From assembly GCA_951406725.2 (NCBI GenBank), contig OX597836.1, positions 29,078,001 to 29,142,000 of the forward strand: 64,000 nucleotides of DNA, in the 5' to 3' direction. The DNA is from Octopus vulgaris (taxonomy: Eukaryota). Position 1 is the stretch's first letter. Every line of letters starts with the position of its first letter. This document shows, piece by piece, positions 28,206 to 42,476 of the stretch. Under the pieces are notes generated by a model. That model was not told the DNA's origin and did not search any database. It saw only the letters and a list, made by a program, of their open reading frames with translations. Made by a program: the position numbers and the translations under genes.

Positions 28206-31200
28206 TGGGGTATGGGGTAGCAACTTTGATGGGGAAACAAGTTGCACTCCTAGGGGTGGTTCATCCTCTTTGCTCTCCACTTGGCACCAAACCCCCCCCC
28301 CCCCTGGTCCCAAATAGCTGTTATGTGCAACAGTTGCCATAACCCAGTAAACCGCTTCAACTGGCAGATCAAACTAAATGTAAGTCGCTAACAGGTATGT
28401 AAGTCTTGGTGAGCTAGGGCTTGCTTATTTATGCATGTGAAGACTGTATCTGGCAGACTCTGTAGAAGAAACCATTATTGCTTCAGGGGAGGGGAAGGTG
28501 GCTACAACAACACATAGTGGAGCATTGGGAGCATGATGAGGCAAGTAAGACATCTTGGTTACTGACAGCATCTGTTTCTGTTTCCAGTCGTCTTGACTCA
28601 GTCTAGTCACTGGATCAAAGATGGTCACAGAGTGAGGTTGATGATACACAACTCTTTTTCACTTTAAATGAAGTCACCGCGCAAGTCATCACCAGGATGC
28701 AGGCTCGTGGCTTAGTGGTTAGGGTGCTGGATACATGATCGTAAGATTGTGGTTTCAATTCCTGGACCAAGCAATGCTTTGTGTTTTGGGACAAAACATT
28801 TCATTTCACATTGCTCTAGTCCTCTCCACTCAGAAGACAAAAATGTGTATTCCTGTGACAGACCAGCATTCCATCCAGCAGGAAATATATATGCCACAGA
28901 CACCAGGACACCAGCCCTGTGAGTCTATATGACTTGGGAAGAAGAAGAAGCTTTCACCAGGATGAGTAGATGGTCCTTGTCATTCTATTTCGACACACAA
29001 AATAAAGTGTGCATGTGTATATCTTTCACTCTATATCAAGCAAGAAAACAAGTCAACCGGTGCATTCAAATAGTAATTTATTCCACTTGAGTGCACACAC
29101 ATAATGTTGTCTTTTTTACCATCAGAAATACAATGAACCAGTGATTGATCCATTATAAGTTTACAATGTATGACACAGACTACAGAATAACAGAATTCAA
29201 CATAAAATAATATAAAAAAATAAGCAAGAATGCAGAGTGTCTTTCAATGCCTTGAACATCATGAAATAATGGTGTGAGGAAGCAGTGAGACATCTCATCA
29301 TCACACAAATAGATATATACACTTATATTTGAAAGGTTACATATATACACTAATATTATATATACATGCTAATACTATAAAGGTTTGTAGCAGTAATATT
29401 TAGCAATTAGACCACTATATCCAATGTCACCATTTGCTAAAATATTACCGACACTATAAAAAAAATATCTGACCAATCAAAATTTTGCATAGAATCAGCT
29501 CCAACAATTTCATTTTTGGCATGTTTCTTTCTGAATGAAACCAACACTAAATATTCAGTGCAGCTAAACCCAATGACAACAGAGTACAGATAGCATCTGA
29601 CACACAAGTGCTGGACCAACACAAAAGCAATGAACAGATGACGAGAGACATCAGAAGACAGTAGCACTACCAGTGGCTAACCACAATGGAGAAGCAGCGA
29701 TAACAACACTTAAGGACCAGCTAACATTTAGACTGCTGTTACAATCACACCAATTCAAGAACAATAATCTTCAAACTCTCTCACTGTTTTGTCATTTGTA
29801 GTAGCAACATCTTTTGTTTACAATAAAAATAAATATTATTTCCATCAAAAATCTAAAACAGATATCAGTGTGTTCTTTATTGCAACAAGTTAGAAGATAT
29901 TACCTGTTTAACAGCGTCAAGTAATCGTGTGAGGAGACTCTGTCTTTCAGCAAGATGAGCGTCATAATCTGTAAATAGACAATAACAATATGTGCAGGTT
30001 AATTAGTATAAAGTTGTACAGGTGTGCAAATGCATGAGTGCATGTGTGTGTGATTAGCCATCTTCTCTTAGTTTTATGATGTACATGTATGTACTGTCCT
30101 TAACATTAAACATACATTACTGAACCAACAAAAGAGCAATTATTTTGGATATCTTATTGGTTAAATCCAAATATAAATATTTCTTATAACTTGAGGGTTA
30201 ATGTTTAACTGTGTTTTCATGGTGCTAAGTAAATGAAATTGAAAAATAAAGGTAAATATTCCTTCTCCTCCAGCTAGGATGTTGGTACACCACTTGTTTA
30301 GCCAAACACACTGTTCTTCTGCAACATCTTCTACTGTTTTCACAAATATTTCTGCCATTGTATGACATATGCACTCAATACTGGGAAACTTCTACTTAGT
30401 ATAACTCCCCTTAAGTACCTCTACATCTCCCTCCCCACAGCTCCTACATCTTGCACATCATTCCCCTACATTCTGACCAGAGCCTTGTGAATGGATTTGG
30501 TAAATGGAAGGTGAAAGAACCCCACCGTGTGTGTGTGTGTGTGTGTGTCCCCGTCCTTGCCTAGAGACCGTATGATGGTTGTAAATGAGCATCACTGTCA
30601 TACAAGTGGTGTTGTTCATTTCCAATCTTCCACGTAAAACATGTCTAGAAAATATTGTCTTGCTTCAAAACAGGTGAGGGGTGGTGGCCATAAGCTAATC
30701 TTTGGAATCACAAAACAGTAAGGCTTTCTAGAGCAGCAGTTCTCAACCATAGCTCACAGGGCTGCATGTGGCCCTCAACCATCCTTCTTGTGCCCCACCA
30801 CCCCCAATGGTCTTATCTTCCCTCTATAAATCTAATAATTTTTTCATTAATGGACTTGTGTTTTCCTTTTTTGGTGTGCCCCTCCCCCTAGAAAAATCCA
30901 GATTTGGATCTGGCCCAGATGTTAAAAAGGTTGAGAATCACTGTTTTACAGCTTCATCGTGTTGGAAATGTTTGAGGAAGACATATGACATTTCCTGCAG
31001 TAATGAGGATCTAGCTACTAGAGGCAGTATTACATTTGATCAACGCACAACATCATCTGCTATGGAATACAGCATCTTCATTGTTTTACATCCACTTTTC
31101 CATGCTTGCTTAGGTCAAATGGAGATTATTTTCTCCAGATGGATGCCCTACCTGCTGCTAATTTTCACCTGTTTCCAAAGAAGGTAATATTTCCTCTGTT

Positions 31201-33837
31201 GTTGCAGAATATTGGAAATGAATTACATTGTATCAATTACATTGATACACATTTTCAACAATCTTGTGATGTCAAGACAAGGAAAGAGAGAGAGAGAAAT
31301 AATAAGTAGAAAAGAAGTATACAAGTCAATGCTTTACATGACATACACACATTACAGCAAAATGCCAAAATAATTACATAACACTTGTCAAAACATAGTG
31401 CAATCTTGCACTTCACCTCATCAGTGTCTACTATGTATGTATGTATGGATGGATAGACTTCTTTCTGGTGCCATCTACCAATTCCATTTACAAGGCTTTG
31501 GTTGCCTTGAGACTATAGTAGAAGACACTTGATCAAGGGGACACACAGCAGAACTAAACCAGGAACTAATATATACAAATGAAGCAATCAATTGAAAACC
31601 TCCATCATCCTCCATCAAATGTCATAATCTCCATGTTTATATAACTTGCATAAATTGCTCCACAATTTCCGCTTATCTGAGTAGTGCTCACACGTAACGA
31701 TGTGAACCTAATTGTTTATCAAAACAAGTGAAGTGTTTGGAGTGAAACATCATATACTCACATAGATAAGATTAATTGCAAACAAAAACATAAACAAACT
31801 TTACGTTTAATAATTATCTTTACCTTTATTCATTATCATCAACATCATCATTATTTATAATGACATTAATTTAATTAATATGTTTATTCATTTGATCATA
31901 TCTGTCGTAAAGATAAGATGAATTGAATAATTGCCTTTTTTTCAGAGTCAGATAACTTTAACACAGCAGAAAGTGGATTGGAGGAAGTGTGGGTGACAAG
32001 TGCTAAGCTAATAATGTTTGACCAGATTTTCTCTAATCCTCCCATGTTCCAAGTTCAAATCCTGTCAGAGCCAACTTTCCAAACAAGTATATGGTCTCTT
32101 CTCCCTTTACATCTACAAATTCGCGGCTTTGGGCCAATGTAATAAATCATAATAATAATAATAATAATAAAATGCCCTGATGCAGTACCAAGCAGTGGCT
32201 CTCATGGCTTCTGATCTTAACTGATTGTAAGTGTTATCACGTACATTGTTTTGTCTTGGTATAAAAGATGGGCTACAGCAAATATTCTGCTCAATACCAC
32301 AGATTTGCTTGTCAGCTGTTTGACCGTAACCAGTTGAGTATGTCCCTTAGTGGCTGACGATATGTGCATCTCTGATCACGAGCAGAAGTAGTGGGGGAGC
32401 ATCATAGCCATGTGTTGAGGGGGATTCTTTGGAGTTTGAATAATTCACCTCTAGAAACATGGGTGTTTCATTCAACATCCTTAAACAACCCTTATTCAGG
32501 GACCTTTTGAGTGGGATGGGTTACCCAACCAGAAGAAAATTCTAATTGGGCCCCACCTGCATGGTCATGTGCTGTTTATCTTGATATGAGATCACCATGT
32601 CGCGCACATATGGTTGTGATGCATGTGCCTAGTGTACCCTTATCAGACGGGTAGTCATGATGGGTATACTGGGCTTCGTATATTTTACCCCAGTGTCACT
32701 TTGATGGCATGCACTGCTCTCTCACTCAATAACAACAACAACAACAACAACAATAATGATGATGACGATGATGGACTCTCCCATCAAAGATGATGTTATG
32801 TGTGTTCAGCTTTTTGCCGAATGACCTGCACGAATGATTTGTTTATAGTGATCAAATGTATGTACTGTACATTAATTCACTCCCTCCATCAAATCAACAT
32901 TACTTGAACAGGTGCACGGTGTACCTTGCATCAGATGCTGAAGTGATCATAAAGCAATACGAGATGTTTTTGCTCAAGAATACAAAGCACCAGTCAGAGT
33001 AGGAATTGAAACCATGATCCCATGATCATGAGTGCAACACCCTAACCACTAGGCTGTGCACCCTCACCTTTAATAATATACTACTACTGGAACAAGGCCT
33101 GAAATTTTGGGGAAGGGGCTGGTTGATTACAGTGGCTCCAGTGTTCAACTGGTACTTACTATACCAGTGCCAATAGGATGAAAGGCAAAGTCGACTTTAG
33201 TGGAGATTGAACTCAGAGCATAAAGACAGACAATTAGCTGCAGAGCATTTTGTTTGGTTTGCTAACAATTCTGCCAGCTCAATGCCTTAATAATAATAAT
33301 AATAACACTAAAAAAAAAATTAAAAGAAAGATGGTATAGGCATACACCAGAAAAGGTCACAGAAAACGAGAAAGCAACCATACTCTGGGATATGCCGATA
33401 CACACAGATAGAGAAATTAAGGCCAACAGACCAGATATAGTTGTCAGAGATAATGAAGAAAAAAAATGCTTTCTAATTGATGTATCAATACCGGCAGATG
33501 ACAACGTGTCTCTAAAAGAAATGGAGAAACTTTCAAAATACAAAGACCTGGAAATAGAGGTAACCAGAATGTGGAATCTAAAAACAGAAACAATTCCTAT
33601 CATAGTAGGTGCATTAGGCATGATAAAAAAATATTCAGACAAATACATAACAAAAACACCAGGACTTACAAACACATATAACATACAGAAAATTGCACTA
33701 GGCACTGCACACATCCTGTGCAGAACACTTTCCATACAATAACCATCAGAGCATCACAACAAATCACAGCACATACCCAAGGCACACAGAGCTGCGCTCG
33801 GTAGTGAAGTGAAAGCACGCTATAAAAAATAAAACTA

Positions 33838-33874
<37 letters not shown>

Positions 33875-34079
33875 GTTTCAAATTTTGCCACAAGGGCAGC
33901 CATTTAGGGGGAGGGGATGAGTCAATTATATCGACCCCAGTGTTTCACTGGTACTTAATTTATCGACCACGAAAGGATGAAAGAGAAAGTTGACTTTGGT
34001 GGAAGTTGAACTCGGAACATAGCAACAGGCTAAATACTGTTAAGTATTTCGTCCAACACGCTAACAATTCTGCCAGCAC

Positions 34080-34111
<32 letters not shown>

Positions 34112-37100
34112 TAATAATTACTGTTGCTATTATCGTACTTGTTTATTCATTTATCTTATCTTGAGCAGGATATAATTATTAGCGTCACAGATCGGAACAA
34201 TGGAATATTTTAAACAGAAAATGGGATCAGAAGAAAGCAGGGAGAAATGCAGGAGAATAGAAGGTTGTGTTGTTCATGTTGAAGGCATAAGTGGCAGAAA
34301 TCAAGTGATGTTGCATCAGAGATTGTACTCCTATTACACTGAGCATTTCCTTTTTATTTTAGACTTCCCTTCATTGTCGAGTGCTTGTAATAAAGTTGAA
34401 ACAGAATTGAAACCATGAAGCAGTGCATTGTTATGAACATCCTTTTCTACTCTAGGCACAAGGCCCGAAATCTTTGGGGGAGGAGGCCAGTAAATTAGAT
34501 CGCCCCCAGTACACAACTAGTACTTAATTTATTGACCCCGAAAGGATGAAAGGCGAAGTTGACCGTAGCAGAATTTGAACTCAGAATGTAAAGACAGACG
34601 AAATACTGCTAAGCATTTCGCCCAGCATGCTAACATTTCTGCCAGCTTGCTGCCTTACATTGTTATGAATATCACCACCTGTTAGTATTTATGGCCGCAG
34701 CTGCCACACAAAGGTAAAAAAAAAAAAAAAAAAAAAAAAAACCAGCATCCAGTCAGTTATGATGATGAGTGTCCCATGTGACACAATCAATGGAACAGCC
34801 TGCTCTTGAAATTAGCATGCAAGTGGCTGAACACTTCACAAACGTCTGTACCCTTAACATAGTTCTCAAGGAGATTCAACATCACAAAGAATGTGACAAG
34901 GTGGTCTCTTTGACTTACAGGCACAACTCATTTTTGCCAGCTGAGTGGACTGGAGTTGTGTGAAATAAAGGGTCTTGCTCAAGTGCACAATGCACCACTA
35001 GGAATCGAACTCACAATCTTACAATTATGAGTCGATCTTGGAGGGTCTAACATCTTTCAAACTGGTATCCACCCCCACCCCGTGAAGTGGATACCACTGC
35101 ATAGTACCAAAAGTCATCTCCTCTCCATCAAGACCTAATAATAAAAGTTGAGAGTTCAAGAGCCCACAGATTTTCAATACCTTGCCAAAAGAATCTTTGA
35201 GATCGACAAGATATAGATGCAGGTTTGTTAAAAAAAAACACTAACAAATTTTTACCAGAGATGCTAGATGACCCCTCATCTTGGTAAGAAACAAAAATTA
35301 GGACAGCTTTGTCCCACTCCTTGGTTCACTTATAACCAAAGAGAGAAAGCTGTGGAAGTGAAATGAAATAAACTATTTGTCGATCACACAAAGATAAGTA
35401 TCTTCGTACATAGTTTGTAACAGCTCACAGAGTCGAGGAGTAGAGTGGGGAAAAAGTCATTTGTCTGCATTTCGTGACCACCAAATTACTGAACGTGGTA
35501 ACCTGTCAAAGGGTTTCTCCAAGTTAATGAATGGCAGGAATAATGGTTTTACAAGTAAAAGTAAAATATGCATGCAGGAGATGTTTCGTTGTCTTTAAAA
35601 GACATGCACAACATAGACGGAAGTGGTCACTGTGTCAAAATGTAGAAACAGACCAAAACTAACATCTCCACATACATACACTAAAGAAAAAATATATAAT
35701 CAACTGTGATATTGGTTTCAACTTTTGGCACAGGGCTAGTAATTTCAGGGGAGGGGCTAAGTCAATTATATTCACCCCTAGTGCTTAACTGGTATTTATT
35801 TTATCGCCCCGGAAAGGACGAAAGGCAAAATCGACCCCGCTGGCATTTAAACCCAGTGACATCATCATCATCATCGTTTAATGTCCGTTTTTCATGCTAG
35901 CATGGGTTGGATGGTTCAACTGGGGTCTGGGAAGTCAGGAGGCTGCACCAGGCCCAGTCTGACAGTGTTTCTACAGCTGGATGCCCTTCCTAATGCCAAC
36001 CACTCCGAGAGTGTAGTGGGTGCTTTTTATGTGCCACCTGCACAGGTGCCAGACGAGGCTGGCAAACGGCCACGATCGGATGGTGCTTTTTACGTGCCAC
36101 CGACACGGAGGCCAGTCGGGGCGGCGCTGGCAACAGCCACGTTCGGAGGGTTCTCTTATGTGCCACCGGCACTGGTATCTCAGCTACAATTTCCATTGAT
36201 GTTGAAAGATTTCGATTTTGATTTTCACTTGCCTCAACAGGTCTTCACAAGTAGGGTTTGTGCCACAAGAAGGAACCAGGCTACGTCCCAGGTAGAGGCC
36301 ACGGGTTATGGTCTCACTTGTCCTGCCGGGTCTTCCCACGCACAGCATACTTCCAAAGGTCTCGGTCTCTGAAGGTATTTCTCCCAGCGTTGGGAACGAT
36401 TCTGCCAGCTCGGTCACCTTATAAACATCCATGATGTTAAAGAGGTAAAAACGCTGAATGGAAATGCTTAGCGGCATTTCGCCTATCTTTACGTTCTGAG
36501 TTCAAATTTCACCGAGGTCGATTTTTGCCTTTCATCCTTCCAGGATCGATGAAATAAGTACCAGACGAACACTGATGTCGATGTCATCGGCTTACACTTT
36601 CCCTTGGAATTGCTGGCCTTGTGCCAAAATTTGAAATCAATATCAAAAAGGCAAAAACGGTAAAATTTTTATTGTACTCCTAAATATATATATAATTAGA
36701 TGAAAAGAAATGCTGAAATTTTCCCAATTTTCTTTGTTATTGCATCAATGTTACGCCGATATTTTTAAAATATCAGACAGAAGATAAAGTCAACATAGGT
36801 TCGATTCCAGTATGGAAACACAATGTTATTTAGTGTTAAATTGTGAAATTATAAAAGTTCAAATTATCGAGAGAGAGAGAGAGGGGGGGGGAGAAAACGT
36901 GCTTATTATGTTGTTGAGGATTTAACCCCAAGTCGTTCCTGATCCACTGACCCAGTAGACATGATCAAAAACGATCACACCGTGTCTTCTCTAGACATAC
37001 GAGAACTGTCCAATATGCCCTTTTATTTTTAAGTGTGTAATAGGCTATAATTTGAAGGAGGGCTGGCTGCTATTTTTAGTAAGCCTAATGGTTGGTATAG

Positions 37101-40100
37101 TCATGTTTACGCTCCGCTAGCGTGTGTATTATTATAAACTGTGAAAATGCGCCATTTAATCGTGCACGCTTATTTTATGTATGTGTCGCAATGTAATGAA
37201 TGCATATAAGATGGAAATACGCATCTGACGTAGCTCAAACATCTGCTTATAAAGCTCAATTTACGTTGGCTAACGTGGCTAGATTTGTTCATCTTATCTA
37301 AAGTTGGCAATATTTCGTCTCTAGTAGACCTTTCCGTCGATTTCCGTAAAAAAAATTAATTTTTTTTTACATATGGGCTTGCGGGAACTTTTAAAGTAAT
37401 GAGAGCGAAAGAGACTAAGAGAAAGCGATTGTATGACGAGGGAAGTTCTTTTGAAGTTACCGTGCATGGGAAGCATTGATGTACATGTGTGTGTGTGTAT
37501 GTGTTTGATGGGGTGTGGGAGACAGACAGTATGTTGTATAAGTGAAGTGCTTCTGTTAGTGTGTGTGAAGAGACAGAGAGAGTAATGTGTGAAAGAAAGA
37601 GATAAGTGAAATTTTTTACTCGGTGTATGTGTATATGTATGTATATTACTTCAAAAGTTCCCGCAAGCCCATATGTAAAAAAAAAAATATTTTTTTTACG
37701 GAAATCGACGGAAAGGTCTACTAGAGACGAAAGATCGCCAAACGGCAATCTTTCGTCTCAATTTCGACTCGGCCAAGGCGCGAACAGTCCGAGGAAAACT
37801 CAGAGCAGATTGTCAACTTTTAACTAAAACACACACACACACACACATTACGTAATTGTATAAACGCATGTCCTGAATCTAGGTTTGCTCGCGAATGGTT
37901 AATGTGCGCGCGCGTGCGTGCGGGCATAATTCTTTTAGCCACAGGTCAGCCCTTATTTTGTGCATCCATGATAAAAGCGGTCCAATAGCGACCATTCCAT
38001 CTCATTTTTAAACATTACACATCTAGGGTTACCTTATGCAATATTTCCTTCCTTTAAAAAATATAAATAAAAACTACAAAGATGCGATTTGAGAGGCCTC
38101 GTCGTTGGTGCGTGAAAGGCGTTCCACTCATGACCATGCAATCATATATTTAGATATTACATATCTAAGACTACATTATGCGATATATCCTTCTATATTT
38201 TTTTTACATTGGTAAGATACGATTTTGATGGAGATTTGGCTGCTATTTCTTATAGACCGAGCGACCACTTCCTTAAGTAGTTGTTGGTGTGATGTACCGT
38301 ATGAGTTTATGTGACATTTATTACAGTTACATTACACCAGTTAATGACATTTAATTACATGAGAGCAACAGCATGTGCGCATGCATAGGGGGGGGGGTCT
38401 CTGTGTGTGTGTGTACGTATGTATGAATGGACGTATGGAGGTACGAATGTATGAACGTACGTACGTACGTACATGTGTGTGTGTGTGTATGTGGGTGAAT
38501 GGATGTATGTGTGTGTGTACATATGTATGAATGGACGTATGGAGGTACGAATGTATGAACGTATGTATGAGCGTACGTACGTATACTTGAACGTACGTAC
38601 GTACATGTGTGTGTGTGTATGTAGGTGAATGTATGTATGTGTGTGTGTGTGTGTACGTGTGTATGAATGGACGTATGGAGGTACGAATGTATGAACGCAT
38701 GTATGAGCGTACGTACGTATACTTGAACGTACGTACGTACATATGTGTGTGTGTGTATGTGGGTGAATGGACGTATGTGTATGTGTGTACGTATGTATGA
38801 ATGGAGGTACGAATGTATGAACGTACGTACGTATATTTGAGCGTACGTACGTACATATATATGTGTGTGAATGGATGTATGTGTGTGTGTGTGTGTAATT
38901 TCAGGCATATGTGTTTAGTATTTGTATATATTATAAATTGAAGGAAAGAGAAAGAGAGAGAGTGAGAGAGGAATGAACGAAAGTAAGAAGAGTGGGAGAA
39001 GAAAAGGGACAGAACGGGAAAGGAGAGAAAGGAAAAAGAGAGAGAGAGAGAGAGGGGCAGAGAGGGTGTATGTGCGTGTGTAATGTCGTCATAGTTTATT
39101 TCTGAACAGACTGTTGTTGCCGTTGTTGTTATGGTGTCATTTAGCACTGACTGACCCGTGGAGATTCAATCATTCTCAAGACAAATTTGAGGTGAAATTT
39201 GAGGAAGAATTGACTGCCGTTTCGTGCAAGTTAACGGACTAACCATTTAGATATGATGTGATCCAATGTCTCCTACCCAAATCCACCGGATCCTTCGTAT
39301 CAACGCCATTAGTCCGAGTTTACAAAGAAAGGTTATAATAAGTTCGATCAAAGCGAGAGACCGTGTCGAAGGACTTTCGGAAACAACCCGCAATTAAACC
39401 AAACTTCGGCATTCTTTCGCTTTTAAGTAGAACAAATGTCAAGCTAGTGCCAGCTGATTTCCGAACACATGACGTCATTCTGGGCAGTTTACGGGATTTT
39501 ATTTATTTATCTTTTATATATATTTCCCCGTTCGGCAACGTCTTTCATCTGCTGGAGATTGCCGAACACACACAACACATCCTTTTTATATATCTTTTAT
39601 ATGTACTTGTGTGTGTACGCATTAGTATATATAATATAATATATGATATAATATGATGTGTATGTGTGTGTGTTATATCATCCTTTAACGACCACTTTCT
39701 ACGCTGGCAAAAGTTGGACAGGCTATCATGGTCCACATTATTTCTCATAAGAAAGCACAGCTCCTAAAGTCTGGTGCTCATACACGTCATTTGGTCCAGT
39801 TCCTATGGCTAGAAGCCCTGCTTGTTGCCAACCACTTTACAGAGTGTACTGGGTGTATTTCCTTATGGCACCAACAACTGAGAGTTTGAATAGACTTTTC
39901 CTCGGTGAGGCAGGATTAAAGAGACCCCCACATCCTCATATTTTCACTGCTTGATCACCAATCACTTTACAGTGTGCACTGTGTTCATTTTCATAGCACT
40001 GGCATGAGGGAGGTAGCCAAGTTCACCGTCACCTGTAGAGGGAGCACAGAAGGTTCTGTCTGAATGGAAAGGCGGCGAGCTGGCAGAAACGTTAGCACGC

Positions 40101-42399
40101 CAGTCGAAATGCTTAGCGGTATTTCGTCTGCCGCTACGTTCTGAGTTCAAATTCCGCTGAGGTCGACTTTGCCTTTCATCCTTTCGGGGTCAACTAAATA
40201 AGTACCAGGTATGCACTGGAGTCGATATAATCGACTTAATCCGTTTGTCTGTCCTTGTTTGTCCTCCCAGTGTTTATCCCCTAGTGGGTAGTAAAGAAAT
40301 AAGTTCTGTCTGAACAGGAGCTGGGATGTCTTTTACACAGTCAATGTTGAGAATGTTAAGGAACTAAAGGTTTGCAGACCAAGGAGGGAACAATAACAAC
40401 AGAAAGACCAGAAATGGGTAGTTAAGAGGGGAGAGTTTAAGGGTATAATGGTAGGGAGAGTACTTAAAACACTGAAGTACATTTGTTCAGCTGACCAAGG
40501 AAGAGCATGGGGAGAGAGAGAGAGAGAGAGAGAGAGCAATGACATCAAAAGGACCAGAATGGATGGAGGGTGGAAGGAGTAAGACTATGAGTGGGGAGAA
40601 GGCAGGGATACTTGGAAGGGGGTTGATAAAAGTGATCGGTCATAGTAGAGGAGGAAAAAGGTATGAGTGCAGTGAAAGACAACAGATGTGACCAGAGGAG
40701 AGAGAGTGCTGGCTAAATGGATAGAATGACTTAATTATCGTTAAAATATTAATTCTAATACTTTATGTTGTTGCACTGAACTTGTTATGCAATAATTATC
40801 ATCATGTAGTAATTTACAATTGTATTTTTGCTAATGGTTATGATTGTGGCGGAAGAGTAAAATAACAAATAGGGAGGGAATTGCAGCTGGAGACATTAAC
40901 CCTTTAGCATTTAAACCGGCCAAAAGTATTCTACCTGTTTTATGTTCAAACTGGCCAGATCTGGTCTCTCACACCAACCCTACAATATCGTTTTAAAAAT
41001 TAACAGCTACCTCATCAAAATCTCATAGCTACAAGATAATGCATGATTAGTTCAAAACAATGCGGATAAAAAAGGATTAATTTTGGCAGAATAATGTGAA
41101 CACTAAAGGGTTAAATGTATACAAGAGGAAGCAAAAGACATTCTAACACCAATAAGCTGTAGTGAGAGGTTTTGCAATGGCTGGGGTAGCAGGTATTTTG
41201 ATGAAACTGATGAAATGGCAAATTTTTGTTGCAGATTTTGCAAGAAGTATATATTTTCATAATACAAAAGGAAGAAAGAACAAGAAAAGAAGAGAAAGAA
41301 TAGAAAACAATGTGCTAAGTGCTGATATTAAATTATAGAAGGTCTCACACACACACACACATAAATATACATATACACACACACTTACACATGATATATA
41401 AGTTGTTTTCTTCAGTTACCAACAAAACAGATTACTGTTTGTTTTGGATTAAAAGGCATTTATACAAAAGAATGAAAATAGCATAATATTTAATATATAT
41501 TATATGAATGATAATATACATATCATGTGAATGATATTTCCAAAGCAGAATATATTTAGTTTTACATAGACATATGCACTTTTGTATAGAAATTATATTC
41601 AAAAGTGGATTTTAGACAAAAAAGAAACTTGTTGTGCATGTGTGCGTGTACATGTGTGTGTGAGTGTGTGTGTGTGTATATTGTTTTATTCTTTTACTTG
41701 TCTCAGTGATTTGACCACAGCCATGCTGGAACACTGTCTTGAAAAGTTTTAGTCAAACAAGTCAACCTAGGACTTATTTCTTTAAAGCCCAGCACTTATT
41801 CTATCAGTCACTTTTTCATCAAACTGCTAAGTCACAGGGATGTAAACACACCAACACTGGTTGTCAAGTAGTGATGGGGGGGTAGGGCAAACACAGACAG
41901 TAAGATGTACAAACATAGGCATATATGTATGTATATATATATGATGGCTTCTTTCAGTTTCCATCAACCCAATCCGCTAGGCTTTGGTCAGCCTGAGGCT
42001 ATAGTAGAAGACGCTTGCCCAAGGTGTCATGGGGACTGAACCTGGAACCATATGGTTGGGAAGCAAGCTTCTTACCACACAGCCATGCCTATCACTGTAT
42101 CTACCAAACTACCAGATGTTGTTATACACTGCTGGTCACAATGCACTTCCTCACATTGTTGTAGCTTTCAAAAGATGCCACCCCGCTCTGTCTAGGTGGG
42201 GTGGCATCAAGTACCACTGAACAGAGTGCCGGTCAGCCTCAGGGTTATCCATTTGCAGCTGAGTGTCCTGGAGCAATGTGAAATAAAGTGCTTTGCTAAA
42301 GAACACGATACACTGCTAGTCTAAGAATGAAAATCATGGTTTTATGATTGTGGTTGCAACACCATAACCAATGGGCCATCGTACCTCCACACACACAGA

Positions 42400-42476
<77 letters not shown>

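Noticed and set aside
33262-33735. 157-aa hydrophobic minus-strand ORF
   Set aside because: Antisense shadow of the Dong RLE ORF
35100-35330. Possible coding remnant (PQIFNTLPK-like)
   Set aside because: Frameshifted, decayed LINE C-terminus; too degenerate to classify
35881-36372. Recurrent ORFs with [12 protein letters not shown] (also 7634, 21802, 43004, 45552)
   Set aside because: Antisense reading of SINE family C, not a gene family
38341-39147. 268-aa ORF, the longest in the track
   Set aside because: Translation of (CA)/(TACG)/(TC) repeats; no domain signal
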